From the NCBI RefSeq assembly GCF_006345805.1, contig NC_043013.1, forward strand, positions 24,118,001-24,182,000: 64,000 nucleotides of DNA. The letters run 5' to 3'. The notes under the pieces were generated by a model. It saw only the letters and a program-made list of their open reading frames with translations, had not been told where the DNA came from and ran no database searches. This stretch comes from Octopus sinensis (Eukaryota). The stretch's first letter is position 1. The number at the start of each line of letters is the position of its first letter. The position numbers and the translations under genes were made by a program. Below are positions 33,722 through 46,655 of the stretch, piece after piece.

Positions 33722-34123
33722 CTAGCAGTATCGCCCGGCGTTGCTCGGGTTTGTAAGGGAAATAACTATATAAGCATTTTTAGAGATGTAAAGTATAATA
33801 GCCATCTCAATATGGCTAACCACAAAGGGGGGGGGGGGTGTTACTGTAGCTTTTTTACGTTCCGAGATTTAATAAAAAATTTTTAGGGAGTTACTTCTCT
33901 TATATATGCCAAAAATGCATTAAAAATGGGAAAAATTGATGGCAAATTTTTTTTTAAATCGTAGACTCATCGTAAACGCGCGCTAATACCCAGAAGGGCT
34001 CGATATGAATCACGACTATAAGATACCCGGTTTTGGTTAAACTGTACCGCAAAATGTGGGAGTAGTTAGGAATTTAAATCGTAGGAGACAGACAGCACAC
34101 AACCTCACTTTTATATATAAAGA
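33722..34123 (-). mobile_element. Non-autonomous Helitron, third copy with a different internal segment
   Basis: Same TC and CTAG termini, hairpin and A|T site as the 18768 family. Confidence 0.85.
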
Positions 34124-34274
34124 TATGATAACGGTCAATTTATATCAAAGTGTCAGTCAAGGGCGCTGAACCTGAACTCTAATAGATATGGTAATATCCA
34201 AATTATTTTATAAATCCTCGCTGTCTATTTTCTAGCGGACTGGCGTTGAAATTATTCAGTGCCCTTATTGAAAC

Positions 34275-34344
<70 letters not shown>

Positions 34345-34498
34345 CACTTACAAGAAACGTTTCTGAGTCTGCATATAAAAGCTGCTATCATGACTATGGC
34401 CTTGTAATTCCAACCTGTATCACCATTGTTATGAGATCGTACCGAGCTGTGCCGAAATAACGTAGGATAAATATACTACTACTACTACTACATGTGAA

Positions 34499-34836
34499 GG
34501 CGCATGGCTCAGTGGTTAGAGCGTCGAGCTTACGATCGTGAGGTTGTGAGCTCGAATCCCGGATCGGGCTGCGTGTTGTGTTCTTGAGCAAGGCACTTTA
34601 TTTCATGTTGCTCCAGTTCACTCAACTGTAGAAATGAGTTGCGACGTCACTGGTGCCAAGCTGTATCGACCTTTGTCTTTCCCTTGGATAACACTGGTGG
34701 CGTGGAGAGGGGAGGCTGGTATGCATGGGCGACTGCTGGTCTTCCATAAACAACGTTGCCCGAACTTGTGTCTAGGAGGGTAACTTTCTAGGTGCAATCC
34801 CATGGTCATTCATGACCGAAGGGGGTCTTTACCCTT
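34499..34836 (+). mobile_element. tRNA-derived SINE family C in a (CTA)n tract. Partial relatives at ~1480-1757 (-), 3943-4140 (+), 10780-10890 (-)
   Basis: Head ggcgcatggctcagtggttagagcg..gagctcgaatccc. (CTA)n on both flanks. Confidence 0.85.
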
Positions 34837-35103
34837 TACTACTACTACTATTAATGATAATAATCCAGAGATGGAATTTATAAATATTTTAATGCATCGC
34901 TACAATCATTTCCGCAAATCACGTTTTTGTGACCCTAGTCATCCCAGGTTTGCAGACTATGGAAACGCGCGTAGTGATACATTAAAACGTTTATAAATTC
35001 CATTCCTGCTTGATAAAGTACCAGTTGACTACTGGGGTCGATGTAATCGATTATTCCCCTCCCCCCAATTTCAGGCTTTGTGCCTATAGTAGAAAGGATT
35101 ATT

Positions 35104-35532
35104 GCATTTTTGGGGGTTTGAACGGTAGTTTTTAAAAATAATTTCCACGTAACTAAACACTTTTAAACTTCGTATACTGGTAGAATGTGTTTATAAAACA
35201 TCTTTTTCTCTTGGCTTTATTGAGAAAATTCTATACTTTGTAAGGTATTTGTTTTTTTTTTCTTCTTCAATTTCTGCAATTTCAACCAATCAATGACGTC
35301 TATTGAGGTGAAAACATTCTGTGCCGTATGAAAATGTCCCTCGTTTAAGAAACAGATTGGGTTTATTTACATTTGTGAAGAAAAAAAGATACCCTTCCCC
35401 CACCCCTAACCACCCCTAACTCTAACCCTAAAATAGATTGAAATGCAATAGATCGATGCTAGGGTCATAATTATGGGTGACAGTTTCATATGACACCGCT
35501 AGAAAAAACTGCCGTTCAAACCGAAAAGATCC
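35104..35532. mobile_element. MITE-like element with terminal inverted repeats
   Basis: Left ggtttgaacggtagttttt matches the reverse complement of right aaaaactgccgttcaaacc. No ORF. Confidence 0.7.
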
Positions 35533-36005
35533 GGATTATTATTACTATTTTTCTTTTATTCTTGTTTCATTCATTTGACTGCGGCCGTGCTGGAGCACCG
35601 CCTTGAAGGATTTTAGGCGAACATATTGACCCCAGGACTTATTTTTTAAAGTCTAGTACTTATCCTATCGGTCTTTTTTGCTGAACCAATAAGTTACGGG
35701 GACGTAAACACACCAACACCTGTTGTCAAGTGTTGAACAGGGGAACAAATACATATATAAAAAAAATATATATTTATTTACGACGCGCTTCTTTCAGTTT
35801 CCATCTACCAAATCCACTTACAAGGCTTCGGTTGTTCCGAGGTTATAGTAGAAGACACTTGCCCGAGGTGCCACGCAGTGGGATTGAATCCGGAACCATG
35901 TGGTTGGAAAGCAAGCTTCTTACCACACACAGCCACGCCTGTGCCTCTCTCTCTCTCTCTATCTATCTATATATATATAGAGAGAGATAGATAGATAGAT
36001 ATATT

Positions 36006-36068
<63 letters not shown>

Positions 36069-36070
<2 letters not shown>

Positions 36071-37140
36071 GAGGGAGAGTCAAGAATTATGCGCACTCTT
36101 GTTTTTTCAATGTATTTACACAAAAGCATGAGATAAACAAGTCATTTTTCTATAGAGTCTCCTTCCTTTTCGATGCACTTGGTCCACAAGAAGGTTTCTG
36201 GTTGGTCGGGCAACCATTTATGCGCCGTTTCCTTCACATCTTCATCCGTAGGAAATCGATGACCTGTAAACCATCTTTGAGCGATCCAAAGATATGATAG
36301 TCGGAAGGGGCGAGATCTGAGCCGTAGGCAGGGTGTTCCAGCACCCCAAAATCCAATTGGCTAATTGTTTCCATGGTCTAGGCGGCCGTGTATGGTCGTG
36401 CATGTCGTGCAACAACAAAACTTCTTTCGGCAATAGGCTTCGGCGTTTGGTGCAAATTGCTGGTTTCAGTTTGTTGGCCAGTAAAGCACTGTTGATCGTA
36501 CACCCCTTTTCCAGGTAGTCTTCCAGTATTGGCCCTTTTGAGTCTCTCCAAAAGGGTTAACATCACGTTTCCCGCGGAAGACTGAATCTTGAATTTCTTC
36601 GTCGCTGGCGAGCCAGGATGTTTCCCCTTCATACTCTGTCTTTTGGATTCTGCCTCATGATGATGGACCTACGTTTCATCTCCTGCCACTATTCTGCTCA
36701 AAAATTGTTGCAGCGATCGAGTAAACGTTGACAGACCCCAGGACGTTTGTGCTTGTTCTCTGCAGTAGTATCTCTCTGCACCCATCTTGTACAGACTTTA
36801 TGGAAGCCGAGCTCGTCGTGGTTAATTTGATTGGCAGAACCATGATTAATCTGCAGGGAATGAGCTCCCTCATCGATGATAACTTGCCGTATTGTGCTAA
36901 AAGCCTACGATGAATTTCGGCATCTGACATACCTAACCAGAGAAATCGGATCACTGCTCTTGGTTCTTTGGTTTACATTGCTTGTGGAGGCCGGACTTAG
37001 TGTAATAACTTCATCTGGATTGGTCGCTGGCGGAAAGACTGCGACATATCACCGGTCAATTATGGTTATTACATAACTTTTGACTTCTTGAAAGAACTGT
37101 CGGGATAAGACGTTGCATAATCTGTCTGTCCCTGTCTATA
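36069..37140 (-). mobile_element. Degenerate mariner element
   Basis: Minus-strand IRFLW..GMSDAEIHRRL, KKFK.Q.SAG.VMLT and LLLHD motifs. Imperfect TIR-like ends. Confidence 0.8.
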
Positions 37141-37181
37141 TATATATGGATATGTATGCATATATATGTGAATACATGTAC

Positions 37182-37238
<57 letters not shown>

Positions 37239-37738
37239 GAACAAATATTGAATTCAGGCTAACGAACTTTATATATTCCCGCTTCTACACTTCATTACAC
37301 ATCAATGATACCATGGCTTTCAAATGTCAAAAAACAAAAACCAGGTAAAAATCATATACAAAAAAATATATAATACACACGACCTGCTCAGAAAACGTAT
37401 ATAAAAATCGACTAAAATTTATCTAAAAAAGTAAATTAATCGACTAAAAATTTAAAGAGAAAAGGATATAAAATAAAATTATACGCAACTACGAAAATAA
37501 TATATAAAATGTAAAAGTCAAAATAGTCGAAGTCCATGATAATTGCAGGAGCATGATATGAATCCAATTGGGTAAATAATCCACATGTTTGCGAAGGTAA
37601 TTTAACATCCACTACCTATGGCCATTTCGGGAGTTCATTATCGTTCCCCACCTCCCCCATGCACACTATACGCACCTTAGGCAATGACCCCCACCCCTCG
37701 TCAGGATGAACAGAGTTTCAAAGGGTTACACATATTAA

Positions 37739-38630
37739 ATTTTCTTTATTACCCACAAGGGGTTGGCTAAACGAAGAGGGACAATAGAAGGATAGACAAA
37801 CATATGTGGGAAAAAAAATAAAAACGAATGAAAAAGATGGTTATAAATAATGGAAGGTGGAATAATGGCCACTAGAACCCACATCCGAGAGACCTCATTC
37901 AAACTATTTTAATACAATTTTTTCTCTCTTTGTTTCCATTTACAACATTAATTCATAACAAATAATTCTCGAGATTAAGAAGGTGAAAGGTCACCATTGA
38001 TGGTAGCTTACTTACATTTATCTCTTTTTCTAAGTCCACGATCTCTACTCCGAACCTTTTCTTTAGTGTACTTCTCTCATCGTTGCTTACTATGGTGCAT
38101 TCAACATACGTGGGCCGTCCCTCGCTTTTTGAAACGTCCATCGACACACTTGGGAGTTCATCTCCTCTCTTATTTTATTGCTGTACAAAAGGGCATACAG
38201 TTTTTTTTTCCTTTTTGGAGTGGGGATGGATGGGGGATTTTTCAGGCTCCTGTGTGTTTGTCATTGTGTCTGTGTCATGCAGGGTGGAGTGAGAGTTGGT
38301 GACTACAGGGGGACGATGGGACAGTTGTTTCTGCTGCCTTTGCAAAACTCTTCTTCTTTTTCAATACCAAGTCAATCGTCTTCACACATTTCAGTATCTC
38401 TTTCTCAGACGACGTCAAGTCTGAGGAGCAGATATTCTCGTAGTTCCCCTTAATTATCGCGCTTCCCCCTCCAAGCAAGTAGGAAAGCGTCAACAAAGCC
38501 GTCTTAGGCAGCAAAACAAGATGTCGTCAGACACGAAACAGTTAAACACCGAAACAAACAATTTAACTCACAGAAATCAGTCAAGGAGTTCACCAGCCTG
38601 CAGTGTAATCCATAAATTTAAGACGTTTCT
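37739..38630 (-). mobile_element. Short internally deleted relative of the ORF1-only elements
   Basis: Minus-strand DLTSSEKEILKCVKTIDL..KSFAKAA weakly resembles the N-terminus of copies 1 and 2. The 3' tail ccccttgtgggtaataaagaaaat is shared. Confidence 0.5.
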
Positions 38631-39009
38631 ATAACTCAGGGTTATGCGTTTAAATCTTTCTTTATTACCCATAAAGGGCTACACAGAAAAGGACTTATAA
38701 CACGTGGGGACACATAACACACACAAAAATAATATAAAAACGAATATTATGAGAGGAAACTAAATAAAATATGAAAGTGGTGTTGCCTGACTCAGGGTTA
38801 TTCGCTTAAAGCGACTGTATAGGCTTCAACTGCTGATTAGTCCAAAAATACTACGCGAAAAAAAAAAAAATTAGATTTAATTATATGGCAAACAGACTTG
38901 CTGGCTTCCATTCATATGAATTTAAATATCCGGTTTCAAATTCTAGTAATGTGATACTATTTAACACTTTTAATCTTTTTCCTATATATATTTAAAACAT
39001 TCGAAGAAA

Positions 39010-39560
39010 ATTTATGATTATAGAAAGGGACTACCTCAGTCAACTCTCAGTCTGCCCCCTCATGCAACCATGCTCATTAAAGGAAATTAGGGTCTCCCTC
39101 GCTGCTAAGATTATATTGATGTCAGAACGAGGTATATTCACAAAGTTCCGGGCGAAGATAAGGGCTTTGTTTAGCACTATAGAGGAAATTAAATTATAGC
39201 AATTCGAAATGTCAAAGTGGATAAATTTCAGATCATGCCTATCCGTGAGAGAACTGAACCAAAAAATGACATCCCTAGTGAAAGCCCAAAGGGGAAGCTT
39301 AACCTTATCTTTAAAGATGGGAATAATCCAATCAATAATAAACTTGCTAATCCTGCCCAAATCAGACTTAGTTGGGTATATCAATCTAATAGAAGGATTA
39401 GATTTTTTAAAAATCAGGCTAATGGTCCTTTAGCAAGCAATGTGGAGTTTTCGGAGCCTAAGGCTGGGTTCTATCCAGCAAGCGCAAGTCAGAAATAATA
39501 TCCAAATGATGTTTGTAGCCCTTTCCAATCCCACGAAGCGTACTCAGTTTCAATGTGGAA
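39010..39560 (-). mobile_element. Penelope-type reverse transcriptase fragment
   Basis: PTKSDLGRISK, VIFWF and FIHFDISNCY motifs (ORF 39040..39384) are characteristic of PLE RTs. Confidence 0.8.
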
Positions 39561-39639
39561 TTCAAGATCAGCCCCCGTTTATCCCTAACCTTTTGGCTGC
39601 TCACCTCACCTAACTTTGGGACTCATCACTTTGTGTTCT

Positions 39640-40460
39640 TCAAGATATTGCCAAGGTAACCCTCGGGACAACGACGCGTCGCAACCCCGATTGGTTTGAT
39701 GAATCGGCTGAGGTCATACAACCTTTCCTGTCCGAGAAGAACAAACTCCACGATGCTGTTCAGCTCAACCCGGACTCTGCACCCCTGCGCAAAAAAATGG
39801 AAGGATGCTCGTAGCACCACTGCACAACGTGTCACCAGGAATGCTCAAAACGACTGCTGGCTTTGTAAGGCAGAAGAAACTTAACGTTTTGTAGACGAGA
39901 ACAAAAAAACCATGAATTCTACAACTGGATTAAGAGAATTTTTAGGCCCAAGCAGGTGACTGCTCCGGTGAGATAATCTAAAGGCACCTTACTGAAAGAA
40001 AAAAACTGCGATATTTCACATCACATCCTCACCTCACATCCAATGTTCACTCTTTGTTTCTTCTCTGTTGACAAGGGAAGACTATACCTGACAGGTGGAT
40101 ATACTCCAATATCGTAGCAATCTACAAGCACAAGAGAGACCGTGCAGAGTGTGTCAATAGGAGAGGAATTGCTCTTCTGGATGATGCCGACAAAGGTCCT
40201 CTCTCGTGTTCATCCCCGTCATCTGCTACTTCATATTGTCAATCTGGTTATACCTTAGTCCCAGTATAGATTTCGACCAGAAAGAAGCACTTCTGACATG
40301 ATATATGCACCTCGTATTCTTCAAGTATCATGAACACATATGCTACGCCTTCGTCAATCTAACAAAGGCGTTTGGCATGGTCAAGCGTTCTATGTTGTGC
40401 ATCTGCTTCAGAAGTTTGGCTGTCCACCAACACTTCTCTCGATCATCCAGGAGTTTCACT
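39640..40460 (+). mobile_element. Degenerate RTE LINE internal fragment
   Basis: RRNPDWFDE, IVAIYKHKRDRAEC, FRPERSTSDMIY, AFVNLTKAF and KFGCP motifs. Confidence 0.8.
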
Positions 40461-40646
40461 TAAGCAAGAGTGACAATCGACCTCGGAACCTTTTGATCTC
40501 CAGGTGGACTTTTGTGCAAATATTCTTACAAATACGTTTATGTAAACTCTGCCTTGATTGTTGCTGTAAATTAAAATCTGTTGTATTCTTATCTCAACAC
40601 AGTCGTCTTTTGAAAAGTATTCGCAAACCATTTGTTATGTATTTTA

Positions 40647-40860
40647 CTAGCTTCAGGTGACCCGCTCTACGCGCGGGTGAGGGTGTGGTTGTTACTTTCT
40701 GTTGCTTCCTTTCTGTTTCTTATCGCCACCCTCTTTGTTTCTCTCTCCTTTCTCTCTCACTTTCCCACTCTCTTACTCTTCCTTTCTCTCGGACTCTCCC
40801 TCGCTTTCTCTTACTCTCTATCTTTATCTATCTCTCTCCCATTTATAAAAAAAAAAAAGA
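40647..40860 (-). mobile_element. Short Helitron-like element (different family)
   Basis: CTAG at 40647-50 with hairpin acccgc..gcgggt. Candidate 5' TC at 40859-60 in an A|T context. Confidence 0.5.
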
Positions 40861-40929
40861 TCTTGAGTAGGTTGAGAAAGAAAATATTTTGAAAGATCAA
40901 TCATAAATATCAGGCAGTGACAACGGAAA

Positions 40930-41637
40930 GCACACTTGCCTTTTGTACGTGCCACTATTTGAGTGATTAAAAATAAAGAAAAAAGGATTTCTTTGTTAAA
41001 TTTAGAACTTATTTAGGGAATTTTTCGTCAATTGACCATGCAAATGAAAGCTCTAAACACGGGCTACATACAGCTGTAAATTTCTTTCAGAAAAAAAGGA
41101 AAACTGTAAACAATAAAAAATAAAAGGCAAAAATACGTAAAAATGAGAATTTTTTTCCAACTTCAAAACTCTTGCCTTAATTTTCAAAATTTCGAACCCA
41201 TTTTCCGCGCTTAAATTACAAATCCGCATCCACTTTACCATGTTGAAAATTTGATTGAAATCGGGCAAAAGGTGTCCAATCTAGACCCCCAAGAGTCCCC
41301 CAAATCAATAAAATCCCCGTTTTCACAGCAAAGTTGACCAAAATTGAGAGTATGATAGAAGGCTTGCTCTTCCTTCCGTAGAAAATAAAATTCAAATTGG
41401 ACCATGTTAACACCAAAAATTATTTACATCAAAAAGTTGCTTTTTTTTTTTCTATGAAAATCCCTATTTTTTATGATTTTTTGACTGCTGTGTCGCCATT
41501 TTTCGGTGTATTTCAACCAGAAAAATGTTCACTTAAAGAGAATATAATAAGCTACATAATGCAAAATTTTTACTTTTCAAAAATTCCAATTCTAAAGGGT
41601 CGAAACAAACCCAAGCAACGCCGGGTGATACTGCTAG
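40930..41637 (+). mobile_element. 3' portion of a longer Helitron (5' boundary uncertain). Internal part recurs inverted at ~58710-58990
   Basis: Ends cccaagcaacgccgggtgatactgCTAG|T. 41340-41570 matches the reverse complement of 58710-58940. Confidence 0.7.
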
Positions 41638-41956
41638 TAATTTTGTAAAGTAATGTGTTCGGAAAGATTCTCAGATATAACTCTATCGCGCGCACATGTT
41701 CGCTAACACACACAATCATTAACACTTGTACGTGCGAACGTTTGTTCTGTGTGTGTATGTGTGTGTGTGTGTAAGACTGTGCATACGCGTAAATGTTTAG
41801 GAATATTGAGAAGCATACAAAAGTTTACTAAATTAACCTTAAATTTAGTTCACCTTCCCCGTTAATCAAATAAAGAATAGAAGAAATATAAGCCATCGGC
41901 ATAATAATACTGTGTTTTTCCTTTAAGCTTTAAAGAGATGTGTGTGTGTGTGTGTC

Positions 41957-41988
<32 letters not shown>

Positions 41989-42318
41989 GTGTGTGTGTGT
42001 GTGTGTTTGTGTGTTGGTGTGTGTGTGTATGCGTGTGTGTGCGCGCGCGCTAAAATACAATCTTAATTTTTTTCATTTTATCTAGTTTCAGCTCACGAGC
42101 TGTGGCCATGCTGGGGCACCGCCATTCTAATGGCTGTGTTTTGAAATAATTTGATGTCTATTTTTCTGAAGATTGGCTTTTCCATGAATATTGCAACACT
42201 AACAACGATTTACCATTTTGGAACAAACCACGCATTTACATTATTTACAATTGACGGATATTTGTCCTCATCTTGTTTCGGCTGATATACCCTCCAGCCT
42301 TCATCAGGTGTCTTTGGA

Positions 42319-42376
<58 letters not shown>

Positions 42377-42392
42377 TTAACATAATAATAAT

Positions 42393-42453
<61 letters not shown>

Positions 42454-42456
<3 letters not shown>

Positions 42457-43010
42457 GCCTTGATGCAGTACCAGGCAGTGGCTCTCGTGGCTTCTGATCT
42501 TAAATGATTGGAAGTGTTATCATGTATCTTGTTTTGCCTTGGTATAAAAGATGAGCTACAGCACATATTCTGCTCAATACTACAGATTTGCTTGCCAGTT
42601 GTGTGACCTTAACCAGTTGAGCATATTCCTTAATGGCTGGCAATATGTGCATCTCTGATTACGAGCAGAAGTAGTGGGGGAGCATCATAGCCATGTTTTG
42701 GGAGGGATTCTTTGGGGTTTGAATAATTCACCTCTGGAAACATGGGTGTTTCGTTCAACATCCTTAAACAACCCTTATTCAGGGACTTTTTGAACGGGAT
42801 GGGTTACTCGACCTGAAGAAAATTCTAACTGGGTCCCACCTGCAAGGTCATGTGCTGTTTATCTTGATATGAGATCACCATGTCGCGCACACATGGTTGT
42901 GATGCATGTGCCTAGTGTACCCTTATCAGACGGATAGTCCTGATGGAAATACTGGGCTTCGTATATTTTACCCCAGTGTCACTTTGATGGCATGCACTGC
43001 TCTCTCATTC
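42454..43010. mobile_element. Non-coding ~557-bp element bounded by (TAA)n tracts
   Basis: Sharp boundaries with (TAA)n at ~42319-42453 and 43011-43077. No credible ORF. Mobility is inferred. Confidence 0.55.
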
Positions 43011-43050
<40 letters not shown>

Positions 43051-43077
43051 TAATAATAATAATAATAATAATAATAA

Positions 43078-45880
43078 CAGGAAGAAAGATGAAGAAAAAA
43101 TTTAGATCCTCACCAAGAGAAGAACTGATATCAATAAAAGAAACGCTGAAACAAAAATTCCAAGCAAAAGCCCAAAGAATACGAAGATTTGAGAAGAGAA
43201 ACAAGCAAAATAAGCTGTTCACATCCAATGCCAAAAATTCTACAGAGAAATAGGGAAGGAGAAAGTAACCGTTAAAGACCCCCCCCTCCCATGGAAGAAG
43301 TTCAAAACTTTTGGAAAAGGATTTGGAGTGACAAGAAGACGTACAACATAAATGCAGACTGGATTATACAAACAGAAGGATCCTACCAAAATTTACAACA
43401 ACAAGCATGGGAAGACATCACAATAGCAGACCTAAGAAAGGCACTCACGAAGGCCCATAATTGGAAATCCCCCGGTAAAGATAGGGTGCCGAATTTCTGG
43501 CTCGCATCGCTCCCATGCGCACACGGTAAGCTAGTTCAGCTGCTCAATGGAATTATGAGAGACCCAAAGAAAACACCTGAATGGTTAGCAAGTGGTATTA
43601 CTTACCTACTCCCAAAGAATAACGAAACCAACCTTCCAAAAAACTATCGGCCTATAACCTGTCTATCCACCACATATAAAATCTTAACATCTATCCTGGC
43701 GGAGAAAACATATGCATTCATGGAGAAGAACGATATTTTCCCCATTGAACAAAAAGGGTGCCACCGAGGCTCATACGGATGCAAAGATCAACTGCTAATT
43801 AATCGTATGATCCTTGAGAACTGTCATAACAAGCGCAGAAATCTCAGCTCCGCATGGATTGACTATAAAAAGGCCTTCGACAGTATACCGCATCCATGGA
43901 TCTTGAGATCGCTGGACATATTCGAAATTTCCCCTGCGATTTCAAGCTTCCTGAAGCACAATATGTCGTTGTGGAATACGAATCTCCAATTATACCACTC
44001 TAATGGAGTACTTGCCTCAGAGAATATAATCATCAACTGTGGAATTTTTCAAGGTGACTCACTTTCACCTTTAATATTCTGCATAGCCCTAATACCCCTT
44101 ACAAGTGAATTAAACAGAACAGGGTATGGGTATAAAATTGCCAATAAAAAAATAAGCCATCTATTTTATATGGATGACTTAAAACTCTATGGTAAAGACG
44201 ATAATGAACTTGAAGGCCTATTGCGCACTGTGAAAGCATTCAGCGATGACATCGGGATGGAGTTTGGGCTTGAGAAGTGTGCCAAGGCCACTTTCCAGAA
44301 AGGGAAAGTGAAGACCACAAATTCAGTCGTGTTAGATGTTGTCACAGTCATAAGAGAGCTTGAGCAAGAACAAACATACAAATATTTAGGGATAAATGAA
44401 GGCTCTGGTATTCAGCATGCAAGCATGAAAGAGAAGATCAGGAAGGAATGTTATAGGAGAGTTCGTGCAGTCCTGAAATCTGAACTAAATGCACGTAACA
44501 AGGTGTTAGCTATAAATTCCATAGCAGTTCCAGTTGTTACTTATAGCTACAATGTGTTGAACTGGAATATGAGTGAAGTAAAGAATATAGATAGGAAAAT
44601 ACGCAAGCTGCTGAGTTGTAATAGGATGCACCACCCAAAGGCAGACGTAGATCGCCTTTACCTTCCCAGAGCCCAAGGAGGTCGAGGCCCGATCCAATTT
44701 GAACTAGCTTACAAAACAACCACAATTGGACTGGCCAAATATCTTGAAATAACGATGCTAAAGCTCGTGGAAAATCACGAGAGACGAAAGAAGCTTCATT
44801 CTATCATAAAGGAAAGCAAAAAATTTGCTATTGATCTCGTGTAGGATACCCAAACTGAACAACCCGAGGGAAGTACGGCAACTATTGTTGCAAAGAAGGT
44901 GAAAATAATGGCAACGAAAAAAGCGCACGAGCAATTGGCTGATAGGCGGGAGGAGAAACCTCTGCACGGCAAATATGTGGCCCGTAGCAAACAAGCTGAT
45001 GTTGACCAGAAGCAAACCCATCAGTGGCTACGGAGCTCAGGACTAAAAGCAGAGAGCGAAGGTTTTATCCTGGCTGCTCAAGATCAAAGCCTATTGACCC
45101 GGAACTACCAGGCCAATGTGATGAAAAATGGAGCAGACCCAAAATGCCGATTCTGCAACGACATGATTGAAACAGTGGACCACCTAATCTCTGGATGTAA
45201 AGTCTTAGCACCAGTGGAGTATAAATTAAGACATGACAGAGTTGGCCAATACCTACACTGGCTAATAAGTCGGCATTACAATATCAAAACTGCCGACAAG
45301 TGGTATAATCACCACCCTGAGGCTGTAACTGAAGGAGAAAATGTAACCATTCTGTGGGACTTTCCAGTACATACAGACCGAACGATCAAAGCCAATAAAC
45401 CGGATATTGTTGTGAAAGACCAAAACAATAAAGTTTGCTTATTGATCGACATGAGCATCCCCTGTGATCATAATATCTCGGCGAAAGAGCTTGACAAGCT
45501 CAGAAAATATAAAGACCTGCTCATTGAAATTGAGAAAATGTGGCATCTCAAGGCGGTTACAATACCAGTGATCGTAGGAGCACTAGGAATGATCAAGAAG
45601 GGAACCGAAAATTATATGAGAATGATCCCTGGTTTACCATCCCTGCAAGAAGTCCAAAAGATTGTCTTAACTAGTACATCACACGTATTGAGAAGAGCAT
45701 TGTCGATGTGAGATCTATTACTACCCATGTATTTTAATTTAACTTAAAAAAAAAAATGAACGAACTAGTGAGTTTGGTTTAATGGCCTACCAATGTATAC
45801 TATGAGTTTCTTTGCCCTAGGAGTCGGGAAGACACTCGGCAAGAAGTGGAAGCAAATTTGAAAGAAGAAGAAAAAAAGAT
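43078..45880 (+). mobile_element. 5'-truncated R4/Dong-clade non-LTR retrotransposon (RT, CCHC, restriction-like endonuclease)
   Basis: ORFs 43291..44844 and 44899..45711 are in the same frame, split by one TAG. YMDDLKLY, CRFC..ETVDHLISGC and KPDIVV..LLIDMSIP motifs. (TAA)n on both sides. Confidence 0.93.
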
Positions 45881-45881
45881 G

Positions 45882-45955
<74 letters not shown>

Positions 45956-46655
45956 TGGCAACTGCGTTACAAAAGTAATCATACAACCACTAAAACTCGA
46001 TCTTAATAAGTTAAATGAAATTATTTACTCTGTTGCTCAGGTAATCGAAAGACGTTGTTTAACACTCAAAAAGACAACGATATCAAATTCAAAAAGAAAA
46101 TCAAACTGGAGGAGTAGAATTGAAACTGAAATTGAATCATTGCGAAGGGAGATATCAATATTAACTGAGCTAATCTCTGGAAATGGTGTAAGATCAAGAA
46201 AAGGCAGGAAGATTGTGAGAAAATATGGATTCTTAACAAGAGAAGGTCAGCGAAAGAAACACTTAAACAAAAAGTTCAAGCGAAAGCTCAGAGAATACGC
46301 AGATTTGAGAAAAGAATCAAATACTACAAGCAAAATAAGATGTTCAAATCCAAAGCCAAATTATTTTATAGGGAAATAGGGAAAGAAAAAATAACCATTG
46401 AAAATCCACCCCTAATGGAAGAAGCTGAAAACTTTTGGAAAGGGATCTGGAGTGATGAGAAACCATACAATGAAAATGCAGACTGGATCAAACGCACCCA
46501 AGACGCCTGCAAAGATTTACAAGAACAGGTATGAGAAGACATCTCAATCGCCGACCTAAGGAGGGCCCTAACGAAGAGTCATAAGTGGAAATCCCCTGGT
46601 ATTGGTAGAGTACCAAATTTCTGGCTCTCATCACTCTCGTCCGCAACAAAGTTTT
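45956..46655 (+). mobile_element. Second R4/Dong fragment (region N-terminal to RT, diverged subfamily, 3' end missing)
   Basis: QRIRRFEKR, NFWKGIWSDE and HKWKSPG parallel 43160-43500. Starts directly after a (TAA)n tract. Confidence 0.88.

Noticed and set aside
34499-34570. tRNA-like cloverleafs at SINE heads
   Set aside because: They continue into SINE bodies and lack a proper acceptor stem and terminator, so they are not tRNA genes.
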